A stretch of DNA of 64,000 bases from Octopus vulgaris (GCA_951406725.2 OX597815.1:90458001-90522000), one strand, 5' to 3'. Numbered from the stretch's first letter, positions 26,604 through 41,489 are shown. Numbers and translations: made by a program. The notes: generated from the sequence alone by a model not told the origin.

Positions 26604-26876
26604 TCTACTTTTCGTTTCCTATATACTAAAATAATGTATGGAAGACGCTCAACATAAGAGAGCACCTTTGATGCAAGTTTGATGAAGTGCCAGTCTAATG
26701 CAAAGATTATGTAAATTTTCTCTACGAACGCTTGCGTCAACTGGCAAAGTGAAAGATAAGTTAAGGCATTTCTTTGGTTTGTTTGTTATTATTTGGATTA
26801 TCTACATATACACACCCACCCACACACATATACATATACATACTTATTCACACACACATACATATACATACGTATT

Positions 26877-26911
<35 letters not shown>

Positions 26912-27068
26912 GTATACACACACATTGTGTGTGTGTACACATAACGTGAATGACGTAATCGTCTAACGTTGATAATCCAAGATTAATAGCGGTACAAATA
27001 GATCGTGGGTTATGAATATAGCTATAAGAAGACATGTCTCTATATGTATTTATGTGTGGGTGTATATG

Positions 27069-27130
<62 letters not shown>

Positions 27131-27432
27131 CCTATGTATGTATTTATGTATGCATCTGAATATATATATGTGTACGTATGCGTGCGTGTATGTATGCATG
27201 TGTGTATATCTGCGTGTATGTCTGTGTGTATGTATCAATCCAGTTTTGCTACTAACCTCGTCGATCGCTTTACCTATATTGCTGAAATAAAATTCATGCA
27301 ACGTAATATATGTAATATATTTAATATATTACATAATATTTCGGCAAGTATCTGCTGCTAAAATGGTGATGAAAAATTGTCGTATTATGTAAAAACGCGT
27401 GTTTGCTTAACCCAATCTCTCTTGTTTGCACT

Positions 27433-28290
27433 TACAGGGGTTGCACAAAATAATGAAAATAACTTAAAATTTCAGACAAATTTAATTAATATGGTGTAGG
27501 ACCGCCTTTGGCAGTAATTACAGCTTGAATTGTATGAGGTATGGACTCGGACAAAGTTTGAATTGTTTCCAAAGAAATTTTTGTCCATTCTTCAGTTCTG
27601 ATAGTGATGATGGTGGATGGTGTCGAATCAGTACTTCTTTTTTTGTAAATGCACCATAAACGTTCAATAATATTGAGATCTGGCGACTGTGGTGGCCGGA
27701 TAACATGTTCATCATCACTAGAATGTTCTTCGTGTCATTCAGTAACAGTTTTAACTGTGTGGATTGGTACATTATCATCCTGAAAGATTGCGTTTCCATC
27801 TGAAAACACTTCTACAAACACAGGATAAATGCTGAAATAGTCTTGACTATTAATTCTGCCATGAAGGGAAACCAGTGGACCGGCGAATCTCCAAGATATA
27901 GCCTCCCAGATCATCACGGATCCTTCTCTATGCTTAACAGCTGGAAGAAAGCAGTCTGGGTCAAATGCATTTTTTGGCTGTCTTCACACGTATACTCGCC
28001 CGGTGGTCGGAAATAAGGTAAAAGATGACTCGTCCGAGAAAATAGCTTCCTCCACTGCTCTAGGGACCAATTCTATAGGTTTTTACTCCACTCTAAACGC
28101 TTTACAATGTTTACCTTTGAAAGTACTGGTTTTCTGACTGCAGCCGTCCCGTGACATCTGGCTTTGTACAGCTCCCGACGAACAGTTTTTGTTGAAACTG
28201 GGTTCTCGAGGTGGTCATTAAGCTTTTCAGTAATTTTGTGATCCTTTCTAACAAATCGCGTAAGAATCCGACGGACCCTATCTGAAAAAC
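27433..28290 (-). mobile_element. Truncated Tc1-like transposon (DDE transposase pseudogene)
   Basis: IFSDESSF, GSVMIW, FQDDNVPIHT and PPQSPDLNIIERLW fragments; one TA-CAGGGG terminus at 27433; the other end is missing. Confidence 0.88.
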
Positions 28291-28316
28291 ATCAACAGAC
28301 GTCTGTAGTTACATAT

Positions 28317-28334
28317 ATATATATATATATATAT

Positions 28335-28372
<38 letters not shown>

Positions 28373-28390
28373 ATATATATATATATATAT
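28317..28390. repeat. 74 bp perfect AT-rich palindrome
   Basis: (AT)n-CAATAA-(TA)13-TTATTG-(AT)n, symmetric about 28353/28354. Confidence 0.85.
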
Positions 28391-28719
28391 TTGTGTGTGT
28401 GTGTAAAGATAAGTGGATTTGTATTTTACAACTTCATATGTAGTCAAATATGGAAATATCTTCACCGAGGTTCTTGTGTCGCGAAAGAAAAATTCTCCGA
28501 AAAATATGCATGTTTGAAAATGCTCTGAGCTACACTGTACTTGATCTTTTCTGCAGTGACGGATGCGTTAAACATTAATATATGCAGCTATATTTTGATC
28601 ATCGTAAATCAGTGTGATTTTTATAAATTTCAGCTTGACAAAGTGATTCATGCACCAGAACAGAAATTATTTGCTGTTTAGATAAAAGAACGGATTTTCT
28701 TATGGTCTTTTAGGCGTCT

Positions 28720-28823
28720 GTATCTGATGAAGAGTAACGACGTAGAAATATGTGTCATATAGTTGCATGACGACATTCATATTGTTTATAAGTAGAATAT
28801 TTCTTCCGATACAGTTGCAATAC
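28720..28823 (+). ncRNA. Degenerate hammerhead-like relic
   Basis: GTAT-CTGATGA-[~75 nt]-GATA-CAGTTG-CA-ATAC; stem I and the first core strand are intact, GAAA reads GATA and the conserved U reads C. Confidence 0.25.
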
Positions 28824-31800
28824 TCATCTTATTTTCACGTTTGAAAGTACATCAACGTGTTAAATATAAATGTTACACGTTATTTTAATCATCAATGGTT
28901 ACTGTGCTTTTCACTAATTATATATATGATATTGTATAATTATTTGTAGCTGAAATTTAGACGTATTATTATGAGGAAAATATACGAAAATATATACAAT
29001 AAATGTAATATATATATGCCATAGTTATAAAGGACTTTTAAACAGATGGGATTACAGCCATTAAGAAAGTCGACTAGTTTTAGGAATGATTATACGTTTT
29101 GCTTTCGTGGAATCCTATAATTTAGTTTGAATGGGAAAACGATAGACATATAGTAACGTAGTTACATTTTGTAATTGTTGAACAGCAAAACTGAACAGAA
29201 TATGGAATTAGAAAGTTTGAGGGCATATGAGTAACTATAATTTATTTTGATGCGTATCAAGATGGAAAAATTATGTTTACAATACATGTATATATTCACA
29301 TGCTTCATACACATACATATATATGTATGTGTGTGTACATATGTATATATATATATATATAGAAAGAGAGAAAGACTGAGTAACGGAGAGACAGAGTGAC
29401 AGTGATAGAGACAGAGAGAGGGAGAGAGATACAGAGAAACAAAGACAGTCGCAGAGACAGGGAGAGAGATCGTGTTTGTGTGTGTGCATGTCTTTGCGTG
29501 TATACCTCTGTGTGTGCGTGCGTGTACGGTATGTGTGTGTCTGCGTGTGTGTCTGCGTGTGTGTATGCGTGTGTGTATGCGTGTGTGTGTGTGATCCATG
29601 TCTGTATAACTATGGATTTCGCTTCACAACCTCGTGCTTTCGTTTCTGATCCGCTTCATGAGCCTGTGGCCAAGTGTTATCTCATTTATCCTCACGTCAA
29701 CCAATATACCGGAGAGTGAAGTGTAGCAGACAGGAACTGTATATGAGGTCGTCATACTAATTAGTTTCTTAAATTAATTCAAGTAATCACCAAACTTAAG
29801 GCTAAGTACAGTGGGTACATTTAGATATGCTGATATGATTATATCCCTTGATGCACAATTATGCGTGTAGATAGATGTATTCATTTCAATTTCTATTTTA
29901 TAAAGCATAAATGTAAGCACACAAAACATAAATACATAGTCTGAAGAAAGAGAATGATATTAAAAATATGGATTATTTAATTAATTAATGATATACGAAT
30001 AGCAGACGAATAAAAAAATGTCAACTATCTTTCTTCGATAATTTGTTGCGCTACATGTTGGTACACACGCGCCTATCCTGCTTGCTTTTAATCTGCCAAC
30101 GTTGTCTGCGTCATTTCTGGATAGTCTGTTTGCGTTTTCATGAATTTTGTGTATTTATACTCCTCGTTTTCCAACTTAAGGTTTCCTCACCACCAAAATT
30201 TCTGGAATACCTCCAATGAAAACTACACGGACGCATTATGATATATACTGCAGTTTAAGTTTTTATGATATGGTTTATTGCCATAATGTGCTATAGAATA
30301 CTTCTGTAGATTTTTTGTTAGCCAACAAAGTATGTTATGTCTATATACAGAATATGCTCGTGAACAGCTGTGTGTTCTACATATTTCAACTCTGTTTGGA
30401 GTACTGTTAATAGCTATGCACTGTCTTTTGATATCCACCTCTAAACTCACTGATATTAATGGCTCAATTAAACCGGATAGATTAATTTGTATATTGAAGA
30501 ACTTCTTCACAGCTAGGTTCAAATATTTAATTCCTGATGTATTACCAACTTTTTGTGTCTTTCCTATAATGTACTACTGAACGTATCCGTAATGCATCAA
30601 AGATTTTCTTTCTCTTTCGGTCCATGAATATATTCTAAATTTAGACGTAATATCTACATTCGTTGCAACTTATGGAGATGTCTAGCAATATATATAGATG
30701 CAACAAAACACTTTTCACGCACAAGTTATTTGATATCAGAAATAGCTATCAAGAAAAATGGTTAATATGCAAATTGAAGGAGTAAGTAAATATTAATATA
30801 ATTAATCTTTACACTTTTAGTTTGTATTCAGGATTAGTCAATAAGCATATAATCGGTGAGAAAGTATACCAGAATGTGGAAAATAAAACACAAACCACGC
30901 ACCCGAGCAGTATTTTAGCGTTACAGAAATATTGTGTGAGAGTGGGTATTAAAGGAAGTCTGTTTCATAATAACTTCGCGTACCCTGTGACAAAACGATA
31001 AACAGCAGCGCAGACAAAATAAAATCAAGCAAAGGGAATGGAGTTTAGGACTTTGTTGCAATCGATATGTTTCCACTACTGCACACAATTATTCAGCTTT
31101 GTGTTCAAGAAGCCACTATGGTCCTGTAACGCAACAAATTTCAAGCACCAAATGGTTATTGCACTTGCTTCTTTACCAATGGAAGTTGATTTAGTTCTTG
31201 TATATTTTTGATTACTAATAACTAAAAACTTTCTTAGGACGCATATTTCGAAAATCAAATTCGTTTTACTCTGAACCGCACCGTTTCGGAGCCTTTTGGT
31301 GATATACACATATACTACGCACTCACATTCTCATTTATATGGTAGATATATATTGCCGTCATCAACCGCTATACCTCGTGCCCAAGAATTTCAATTACCT
31401 CCTAAATGGATTACTCCACCACATTGATGTTGGTAACATTGCTTACTGAGTGAAACAAGTGCAAATAAATATGGGTATGTAAATGCTCGGTAGACGGAGT
31501 AATTGTATTCGGTGCATTTTATGTTCTTTAAGTGTTCGTTAGTTTTTATTTTAACTTTCAAAAAGTCAGTTCCTGTGATGACAGAGCTCCAGCAGTATTC
31601 GTCTTCACATTTTAAACATTTTTGCCTGAATTTCAGCTATTTCGGTGATTGAATTTAGTTGGTCTTTTTAAATTTAGAAAAGGATCTTCTCGTAGGTCTT
31701 CCCGGTATTTTAGTCACGCAAGAGGATTTGACGGGAATCTACATTATTTCATTCTAACCACATGATACTTCATTATAGTTCACTCTATATTCCAGCAATT

Positions 31801-33073
31801 GGTTTCCTAAACAGTGTTGATACTCATGTAAACCTCCCATTTGTTGTTGAAGATGGCACTGAACTTGAAAAGGAAACATCGAAGATAATGGACGTTAACA
31901 ATTTCTTCGAGAAATGTATCAGATGCGCTGACGTTGAAATTAGAGAGGTTTATCTTCGATTTCTTCAGAGAATATTGGCCGAGGACTCTATGCATATATA
32001 AGCTAATGTGTATGTATTTGTGATCATGAGTGTGTGAGCACCTATATTAAAGCACTTTTATAGATCTGTATTTTTACATCGGTATAATTTATTGTAAACA
32101 AGACGGCATTTAAATCATTTTAGTATTCCCATGAAATTGCATACAATTACTTTAAATCAATGTTTTCTTTTCCAGTTGAAAATATTCAGAAATTTTTGCA
32201 TGTGTTGCGACTGCGATGCTGAGCAAAGGAACTGTATAATAAATCTCAATTTTCCAATATCTACCTTATTTCAGATTATGCTAAATCTTTCCCTTGAACT
32301 ATTATAAATACAATAGCAAATTGAATTAGAACTGCTCTAGTGCAACAGAATAAATAAAACCAGTGGTAGACGAATATATTGATCTTTTTTTTTTACTGTA
32401 CATTAAATAAAGATATTTAGTGCATGTGCTTTGTTAAAATTAAAGTGTCTGGTTGTACCAAAATGAAATACTATATGTTTCAAGACACGATTGAAGATAG
32501 GACTATTATGATATACATTGAGTCAAGAAATGAAAACTAAAACACTCTATTTTAAATATATGAGTTTTAAATATAAACGGATTTCAATCGATAGAAAATC
32601 TACAGAATGCTTATGAATATCTTTCAAATAATTTATTTGCTTTCCATTAAGCGTGCGTCACGCGTTCTGTGACTGAATGTACTTAGTTACGATCTACTAA
32701 CATTATATGTGCCTATGTCCTTATGATCTATCTATCGTTTTTCTTTCCAACTTATACATGAAATAAAGAAATTTATCGAATCAGCCGCAACATTAACTAA
32801 ACTATACGACTGATCGTTGAAATATGTGAGTTAGAAACATAATAATTCCAACATTTGCATTAAATGCGCAAGCACATCACTGTCTTATTAGGCATCGAAA
32901 ACATGAATTAGTAAAAGATGGAAGAGATTGAAATAGGATAGTATTGGCTTGTGGTAAAAATATAAAAATGATGAAAATGAAGAATAATGTAAGTAAAGAA
33001 GAGATTCCATATTAAGTTTCTTCGCCGTCAGATTCTGTTTTTTCTATTCATTTCTATCTTTTTTTCAGGCTCA

Positions 33074-33077
<4 letters not shown>

Positions 33078-33165
<88 letters not shown>
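33078..33165. repeat. (CT)n microsatellite
   Basis: Directly visible. Confidence 0.95.
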
Positions 33166-33168
<3 letters not shown>

Positions 33169-35104
33169 GAATAGTGGACGAGAAACAAATAGAGATAGAG
33201 AGACACACACGACGAAAGATACAGGAGATGAGAAAGAGAGTTGATGGTGAGAATGAAAGTTTTAGATGCGAATAACGCACTCATTATCTAATCGGTTATT
33301 TGCAACGCTTTTACTTACAACACTCGTTCATGAACAACAGTGAATCTAACAAACGAGTACTAAATCTAAACGATGTGACTACTGAATTATAAACAGCCTA
33401 AATGGAAACTTATTTTCTTAATAGAGAACTTCGTAATTATTGCAATACATAAATATGAACAATAAGTGGTGAGTGCGATTATTTACGAAAGAAATTGAAA
33501 ACGGTATCACGAATACATATAATGCCTCTGTCAATAACTTACCTCTAAGCTGCCCTTATCTTGTTAACCAACATAAGAAAAATAACAATGCAATCAATAA
33601 ATTAAGCATAGACTTCTACGTAAGACAACAGAATAAATGTTGTCTTCTATTAAAATTGTGTCCCATGAATTTATTTAAAACGAAAGAAATTAGTAAGTTA
33701 CTCATCAATTGGCATTATCTATATCTATAGGTATGATTCAACGAGTGATCCCAGTATGTCATTTAATGTTCTGATTGAAGTCATTGCTGAATCAATCTCA
33801 AATGCCAACCTGTTTTTTTGTAACTGGAAAGATGTGGTAACGTGGTAGGCATTTTGAATCTAGGTAGAACTGATTGAAGTAGAAGCCGCATCCTCTTGAA
33901 ACCACATATTTCTATATTATGTATATTCTTCTTTTTTCTTATCTACCATTGTCACGCTTACCCACTAACCCACACCTCACATTCTGACTACCCCACATTT
34001 AAACACACACTTGGCTCAGACACTAACAGGACATCAAACCTGCGTAAAGAGACTTACAAACATCCCCGTCCAGTCACTTTTCCCAAAACATTTGTACCTT
34101 TCACTTATTCACGCATCAACGCATCTCTTTTGCCCTGACATCGTACATACTCCACATACATACTCCAGTATGCGCGTGCATACATTCTCTCCACCAGACA
34201 CACACCAGCATGCGCTGGATACATACCTCCTGCACACACACACACACAGGCACCAGCATGCGTGTGCATGCCTACATAGACATAGACATAGACATAGCAT
34301 GCACGTGCATACATAGCCACCATGCACAGTTGACTCATAAACACCTCTATTGGCCTATAGGCATGTCTCTGTGACACACACATCACCCTAGCATGCAGAA
34401 ACACACATCACTTGCGCACACACGCCTTCAGATGACTGGCAGGTCCGCATACACACACCTGCTCATTGAGATACATTCTTCTATTCTTCAATCTGCCCCG
34501 TTTCGGTTAGCTCCTTGAATTACTCAATTTTTCCTACTCCTTGCACATGATTGATACTCCTTCTACAGCTTGTTGACGTCACTCCATGCACACATGCTAC
34601 TATTTATGTTTCCCCCACTTACGCCCGTTCTTCTCTCAAGAATGACTGTTTTATTTCCTCTCACTTATTTTGACCTAAAAATAGTTCTCCTGCTTCCAGG
34701 AATCTATCATTTTTCTGGTTACTTTTTGCTAATATTTTGCAGGATGTTTTACCAATCTTGTGAATTTTTTACTAATTACGATTACTTCTTTCTTCTCGAT
34801 AATTTTGCTTTAGCCATTTTAGTTTTTGTTCCACGGCTGCATTTCTGTAAAATGATTTATCTCTTGCACTATATGGCTTTGTTATGCGCAGCATGTATAT
34901 CAGCAACATCTACCAGACGCTGGCCTTCCCATGAGCTTCATCAGTAACTTCTTCCACAATTGTCGTCAGTGATTATTGTCACAAACTCACACACTTTCTC
35001 ACTCCCGCCTTATATCCCTAAATAACATTTCATTTTTCTCTTTCATTTTGTCCCCACCTGTGTCCGTCCACCATCATTTTATGAATTTCATCTTATCACT
35101 TTAT

Positions 35105-35330
35105 AGTAGTTGCGTGGCTTAGTGTCTGAGGTGTGGGACGATGATCGTAAGCTTATAGCGTCGATTCTTGAGCAAAACTCTTTCACGTTGCTCCAGTCCA
35201 CTCAGCTGGCACAAATGAGTAGTCATGCGACGGACCGGCGTCCCGTCATTCACGCGAGGAATTTATAAGCCATGGAAACCGGAAAATTGGCCCTTATGAG
35301 TTGACATGATTCAAGAAAGTAACTTTACCT
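35105..35330 (+). mobile_element. tRNA-derived SINE (degenerate)
   Basis: A-box-like TGGCTTAGTG and B-box-like GTCGATTC, followed by CTTGAGCAA and CAGTCCACTCAGCTG core-like segments. Confidence 0.55.
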
Positions 35331-35410
35331 TTTCCCCTATGCATCTCTACTCATTCTCTGCTAAAAGACTAACACCAGAATACACATGCATGCATACATA
35401 CATACATACA

Positions 35411-35424
<14 letters not shown>

Positions 35425-35441
<17 letters not shown>

Positions 35442-35590
35442 TGCCGAGACCCCCTTCGTTCTACAGCTGGGTGACCTGGAGTATTGTGAAATAAAGTGTC
35501 TTGCTCAATAACACAACACGCAGCCCGGTCCAGGATTCGAACTCACAACATCATGGTCGTCAGCTCCACGCTCTAACCAGTGAGTCATGT
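35425..35590 (-). mobile_element. tRNA-derived SINE 5' part
   Basis: Reverse complement has TGACTCACTGGTTAGAGCG...GAGTTCGAATCCTGG (A/B boxes), then TTGAGCAAGACACTT. Confidence 0.65.
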
Positions 35591-35619
35591 ATATATAAGG
35601 CGTAGAAGTCGATGTGTGG

Positions 35620-36055
35620 ACGAGTGGGGTGGCTGTGTAGTAAGAATCTGGCTTATGAACCACGTGGTTCTTTGTTCAGTCCCACCGCGTGGCACCTTGG
35701 GCACGTGACTTTTATTATGGCCTCGGGTCGATCAAAGCCTTGTGAATGGATTTGGTAGACGGAAACTGAAAGAAGCTCGTAGTATATATATACATACATA
35801 CACACACATACATATATGTGTGTGTGTGTGTATGTATATATTTGTGTGAATGGACTGTGTTTGTTCCCCAACCGTCACTTGCCAACCAATGTTGGTGTGT
35901 TTACGTCCCCGAAACTTAGCGATTCGGCAAGCGAGACTGATAGAATAAGTACCAGTCTTACAAAGAATAAGTTCTGGTGTCGATTTGTCCGACTAAAGGC
36001 GGTACTCCAGCATGGGCGCAGTCAAATGACAGAAACAAGTAAAATGATAAAAGAA
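35620..36055 (+). mobile_element. tRNA-derived SINE with internal microsatellite (family also at 41113 and 46845)
   Basis: TGGCTGTGTAG and GTTCAGTCCC boxes, GGCACCTTGGGCA core, shared 3' part CTCCAGCATGG..GCAGTCAAATGAC. Confidence 0.85.
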
Positions 36056-36727
36056 TCATGTGTTTATATCTAGTAGGTATTTCTGTATCTATATTTGATC
36101 CAACAAAGTAGATTTCTTTATGAGTACTGGGCCCACAACATATAGCATCAAAAATTCCATAAGTAAACGCCTTTCATCTTTTTATATTTACAGGAATGCA
36201 TGCACGACCAAGCGAAACCATTTTCGCAAACAAGCTAGACAATTTTCCTCCAAATTTAAGCCTTCTGTCACATGTTAGTTTTACTCAATAGCTGGTAATA
36301 GCCAGCTATCTCTGTAAATAATGATTAAGTCTAAGCAACGGAAGCCATAAATAACGATTACTCCTTCAGAAATGATATCAGAAAGATGGAAAGAAAACTT
36401 GACTACAACATATAAAACAAATTTATATACAAATGACATTAAAATATTGTCAAAAGTAATAACAGTGACAACAGCAACAACATATGTAAATGGTTTGTTG
36501 CAATAACAACGGAAAAAACCACAATGAAAATCTACCGCTATGAAGACTTTAAAATATGCATCTCTCTATTCAATTCGGTGATCAGGCTGGAGCCTTCAAG
36601 CCAGGAATAGCGAGCAACGATAAATATTAAAAAAATAATAGGTACCTATATCGTAAATTCTTCTGACAGTAGCGTCCACTTAAAAGACAGTTAATAAAAA
36701 AGAGTTATCAATATCACGGTAAGTATC

Positions 36728-36930
36728 GTGGAGAGGTGGCATGATTGCTAGCATGTTGGGTAAAATGCTTAGCGCCATTTCACTCATTTTCACGTTCTGA
36801 ATATAAATTCCCCGAAGTCGATTTCATCATTTCGGGGTCGATAAAATAAGTACTAGTTCAGCACTATAATCGATGTAATCGACTTACACCTTCCCCGAAA
36901 TTGCTGCTCTTATGCCAAAATTTGAAATCA
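36728..36930 (+). mobile_element. SINE with a Nin-domain-like core
   Basis: TTTCGGGGTCGATAAAATAAGTAC core; related copies at 22910 and 24945. Confidence 0.65.
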
Positions 36931-37838
36931 GTATCATGGTATTGACTGTGTTTTGTAGTGAACTATACCGCTTTGTTTCACCTAAATTCATAAATCCTGA
37001 GGCAACTGAGATATACAAGGAACAGACCAATAATACGAGGCTACGAAAAGGGATCGTACGGCTAGTAGACCGATACTCTATTGACTTACATTTAAAATTA
37101 ACTAACGAACAAGAACATAAGAAAAGAACATCCTCAGAGCAATAACATAGTGGAAACAACAGAATAACAAGATATTAAAATGAATAACGACAATAATAAG
37201 AGGAACATTATAAATTACATCATAAACACAGTCAGAATATAAATAGCAACAATATTACTGACCGAAGAGTCTCTACCTATACATAATAATGTACATAAAG
37301 GTCAAGGGAGACGGAAGTAGCTGAACAAGGATACAAACATCAGAAATATTTAACGGTCATTATGGTTCAAGAACAATGGCTGTTACATTTTGGGAAACAA
37401 CAATAATAATACTACAAGACTGTACAATCGGAGTTTTATGGTAATTATTAAGAGAGAATTCATAGACCATAACGGTGTTGCTGAGTGCTGAGTGAATGGA
37501 ATGTATATATGGATGTGTTTGTGTAGGAGAGCTAGAGAGCTAGAGGTAGAGAGGGAGAGATAAAGAAGAAAAATAAACAGAGAGACTGAAACAACATAAT
37601 AACAACAAATTGAGTCTCCGAGTAAGCATGAGTGTGATTTCTGTGCTTTGATTGGTGTATTCTTTGGACTGTGAATTCGAATTCCTAGCATGTGTGCGTA
37701 GTTTTATTTCAGTGCACATAATAAAGATAATGTGCAAATGGTTTACTTTGCCTTCATTTATTTGATTACATCTCTTTGTAGACATATATATTTCTATATG
37801 CATGTATCAGTTTATATCTATCTATCAATATATATATG

Positions 37839-37882
<44 letters not shown>

Positions 37883-38275
37883 CAAAGGTATGTGAGTGTG
37901 TGTGTTTGTCTGTGTGCGCGTCAGTACATATAGATGAGAGAGAATGATGAAGATTAACAATCCTCACCGCGTATGTGTAGGCTAAGGAATGATTTTGCAC
38001 ACATCTGATATGATGAAAGCATTATTAAGACTAAGGACGTAAGATCTCAATTGAGTGTTTAAGATGCATACAGTAATGCATAAGCATAGACATAAATATA
38101 AATGAATACCTATACACATTGAAAAACATATACTCGCATGCGTATCGCGTATATATCTATGAAAAATGTGTTTATTATAAATATAAATGTATGCGTGGAT
38201 GTTTGCATGCAGATATTTATGTATACAAATATACATATATATATTGGTATGTATGTATATTGTATATATGTATCA

Positions 38276-38341
<66 letters not shown>

Positions 38342-38344
38342 CTT

Positions 38345-39900
38345 TAGATAACAGATATGTTTCGACCAAAGATGTGTAGGATTAGCAAAATCCTTTTTAA
38401 GTCAAGTAGGGAGTTCTTGCTGAGCGAGTTATATCCAGGTATAGGTGTATTATCCGGTATTCCTTGAAGAAGTTTGTCCAGATTCCATTTAAAGGTAATG
38501 GGGTCCTTTTCCTCTTTGATCTGTTTCGGGACAATGTTAAATAGGGCAGGGCCTGCCGAGGAAAAGAAATTGAGTTGCAGTGTGTTAATACCTTGTGATC
38601 CTTGTGATCCTGAATTGCGTAGGGGACGTATGGCCCATGATTCTAGCCTCGGATGAAACTTGAAGCTAATGTTGAGGTTGTTTGGGCAATGTTGGTGGTG
38701 TATTTTCAATATCGTCTAAATGATGCATCGCTCACAGCGATGCTGGAGAGAATAGAGTTTCCACGCTTTAAGGTAGTCCCAATAATGAAGATCAGTCATG
38801 CCCTTAATTCTTTTAGCTAATGACCTCTGTGGTGATTCGAGGTGTGACATACAGCAGCATTCGAGGTGTGGCATACAGAGTAGGAGAAACGTGGAATAAT
38901 GACACCTTCTTCTCTGGACCGTAATGTTCATAGGATCTAGGAGATCATCTTACGAGCTATAGTGACCTTATTGTTGACGTGGGCACTCCAGCTGGGTTTG
39001 TTATCAAAAATTACTCCTAGGTCTCTGATATTATTAGATGCCACGAGCGGTTCCCCTGAAGGAAGAGAATATGGATGTTTTAGTATAGACTTTCTTCCAA
39101 AATTCATCATCTCAAATTTAGTTTAGTTGCATTTTGTTTTTGTCTGCCTATTGACTGACGTCATGTAGATCCGATTAGAGTTCAGTTCCGTCTTGTTCTT
39201 CAGCGACACTTTTCTGGAGTTTGAGTCATGATGCTGACTGGAGTTTAGAGTTATGACGCTGGAGAGAACGTTTATATAAACTATAAACAGATGCGGGCCC
39301 ATGACAGTCCCCTCAGGGACAGCACTGGTGACTTTTGCTGCGCTTGGGTGGACTCCACCGATCACAACATGCTGTTCTCTGTTCTCCAGGAAATACGCAA
39401 TCCAGTTTACAAGGTTTCCACGGATTCCAAAATTTGACAATTTTGACAGTAGAATATTATGGTAAACTCTGTTGAACGCTTTACTGAAGTCAAAATATAT
39501 GACATCAGACTTCGTACCGGATCCCACGGCTTTAAGGATATCATCGATGTCGTGTAAAAGCTATGTTAGACAGTCCCTGCCACAGCAAAAGCTATGCTGG
39601 TTTGACTTTAAGAGATGGTGGCTCTGCAGGAAGCCAGCTAAACTTGATCTTACCACCCTCTCAAACACTTTCATGATATGGGAGGTGAATAAGATTGGGT
39701 GATAATTGACTGAGATGGATCTGTTACCCGTATTTGAAAACCGGGATGAAAAACTGGAATAAGAGCTGTTTCAGTATATAACCTGTATTTAAAGAATTTC
39801 TCCAGAGGTTGGTCAGAGGGACTGCAAGTTGGTGTCTACATTTCTTCAGAAGACAAGCGGGGAATGTATCAGGACCTACAGCTGAATCTTTCAGACGAGA
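38345..39900 (-). mobile_element. Degenerate 5'-truncated CR1-group LINE
   Basis: SAVGPDTFPA, DVIYFDFSKAFNRV, VTSAVPEGTVMGPHLFIVYIN, LESPQR...LYSLQHRCER, FKWNLDKLL. Confidence 0.88.
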
Positions 39901-40029
39901 TGACAAAAGCCCGAGATACCTGGCCTTTTGCTGTACTCATGAAAGCCCATACTCCACAGAAGAAGTGCTAAGGCCACTGCTCCTGGTGAAGGGGATTGAC
40001 TTGCAAGAGTCCTGTGCCGATATCACATA

Positions 40030-40200
40030 TAAGCACCCGGTGCTCACCGAAAACTGATTGGTGATAGGAAGCCGTAGAAACCTTACCAAATCAGATTGGA
40101 GCCTAGTGCAGCTCTCCAGCTTTCTAACTCTGGTCTAACTGCCGAACCCATGCCAGCATGGAAAACAGACGTTAAGTAATGATGATGATGGTTGTGATGA
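40030..40200 (+). mobile_element. 3' part of a SINE/LINE-tail element ending in (TGA)n
   Basis: ACCCATGCCAGCATGGAAAACAGACGTTAA hairpin-bearing tail followed by (TGA)n. Confidence 0.5.
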
Positions 40201-40310
40201 TGATGATGATGATGATGATGGTGATGATGATGTTAATGATGATGATGATATATATATATACATACATAAATATATACATATATATATACATATATGTATA
40301 CACACACACG

Positions 40311-40349
<39 letters not shown>

Positions 40350-41112
40350 ATACATATACATACACATATACGTATCTGTGTGTTGATATTTTCATGCGTG
40401 TCTCTATAAATGTAGGCAGCTATATATATTATGTCTGCACTGATAACCATAGAAACCATGACTCTGTAAGACCCATTTTTGAATGAAATATGATTGCTAG
40501 CTAACGTACAAATCAAGTGAATGATAAAAACAAAAAGAATAAGATCTTGTTTCCTTGGAACGTGATTGTCTCACAAAGTGTCAGTACGTATGTGTGTGAA
40601 TATATCCTTTTTTTGCGACAGATTAATGTGTTTTTGTATAACTCGATAAATGCAAATGTATTTAACAATGTATATTTGTTTAATTTAGTTTAGCTGTATG
40701 TTTTAAACAGGTAACTATGTATTTTTTTGCGGTATTCTAGCCATGCGTGTACTTTTCAAGAAGTATACCTCGAATTAAAACAGTATAAAAGCATTTTTAA
40801 AACAACATGCCTCTGTATGTATCCAATGAACGTCAAGATATTGCTCATAAATCATATGAGAAACAAGTTCCACAACTTTATTTCATAACATCTTTAGAGC
40901 CACATCAAGATATTTGCTTTCAGCATAATTCTCCTCGGAAAGATTTACGGCCGTTTCACTTCCAAGCTCTGAAGAAATCCAGTGATTTTCTTATCTGATT
41001 TCCATGCAAAATTGAACATTCAGCGGAGTATGTATGTGTCTTCTGAAGTAGCTGTTGACGGTGAGATATGCTTGCTCAGAAAGTAGCAGCAGTAGGTATA
41101 TTTGTTGACTAT

Positions 41113-41489
41113 ACTCTTTTACTCTTTTACTTGTTTTAGTCATTTGACTGCGGCCATGCTGGAGCACCGCCTTTAATCGAGCAACTCGACCCCGGGACTT
41201 ATTCTTTTGTAAGCCCTTATTCTATCAGTCTCTTTTGCCGAACCGCTAAGTAACGGGGACATAAACACACCAGCATCGGTTGTCAAGCAATGCTAGGGGA
41301 CAAACACAGACACACAAACACACACACGCATATATATATACATATATACGACGGGCTTCTTTCAGTTTCCGTCAACCAAATCCACTCACAAGGCCTTGGT
41401 CGGCCCGAGGCTATAGTAGAAGACACTTGCCCAAGGTGCCATGCAGTGGGACTGAACCCGGAACCATGTGGTTGGTAGACAAGCTACTT
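41113..41489 (-). mobile_element. tRNA-derived SINE, 3' portion (split by the insertion at 41490-43753)
   Basis: Same family as 35620-36055 and 46845-47175; breaks off at CAAGCTACTT. Confidence 0.88.

Noticed and set aside
30200-32001. Short ORFs that might be host exons or a decayed DNA transposon
   Set aside because: No recognisable motifs and no consistent splice-site pairs.
35520-35700. tRNA-like A/B boxes as true tRNA genes
   Set aside because: No complete cloverleaf, and they continue into SINE bodies.
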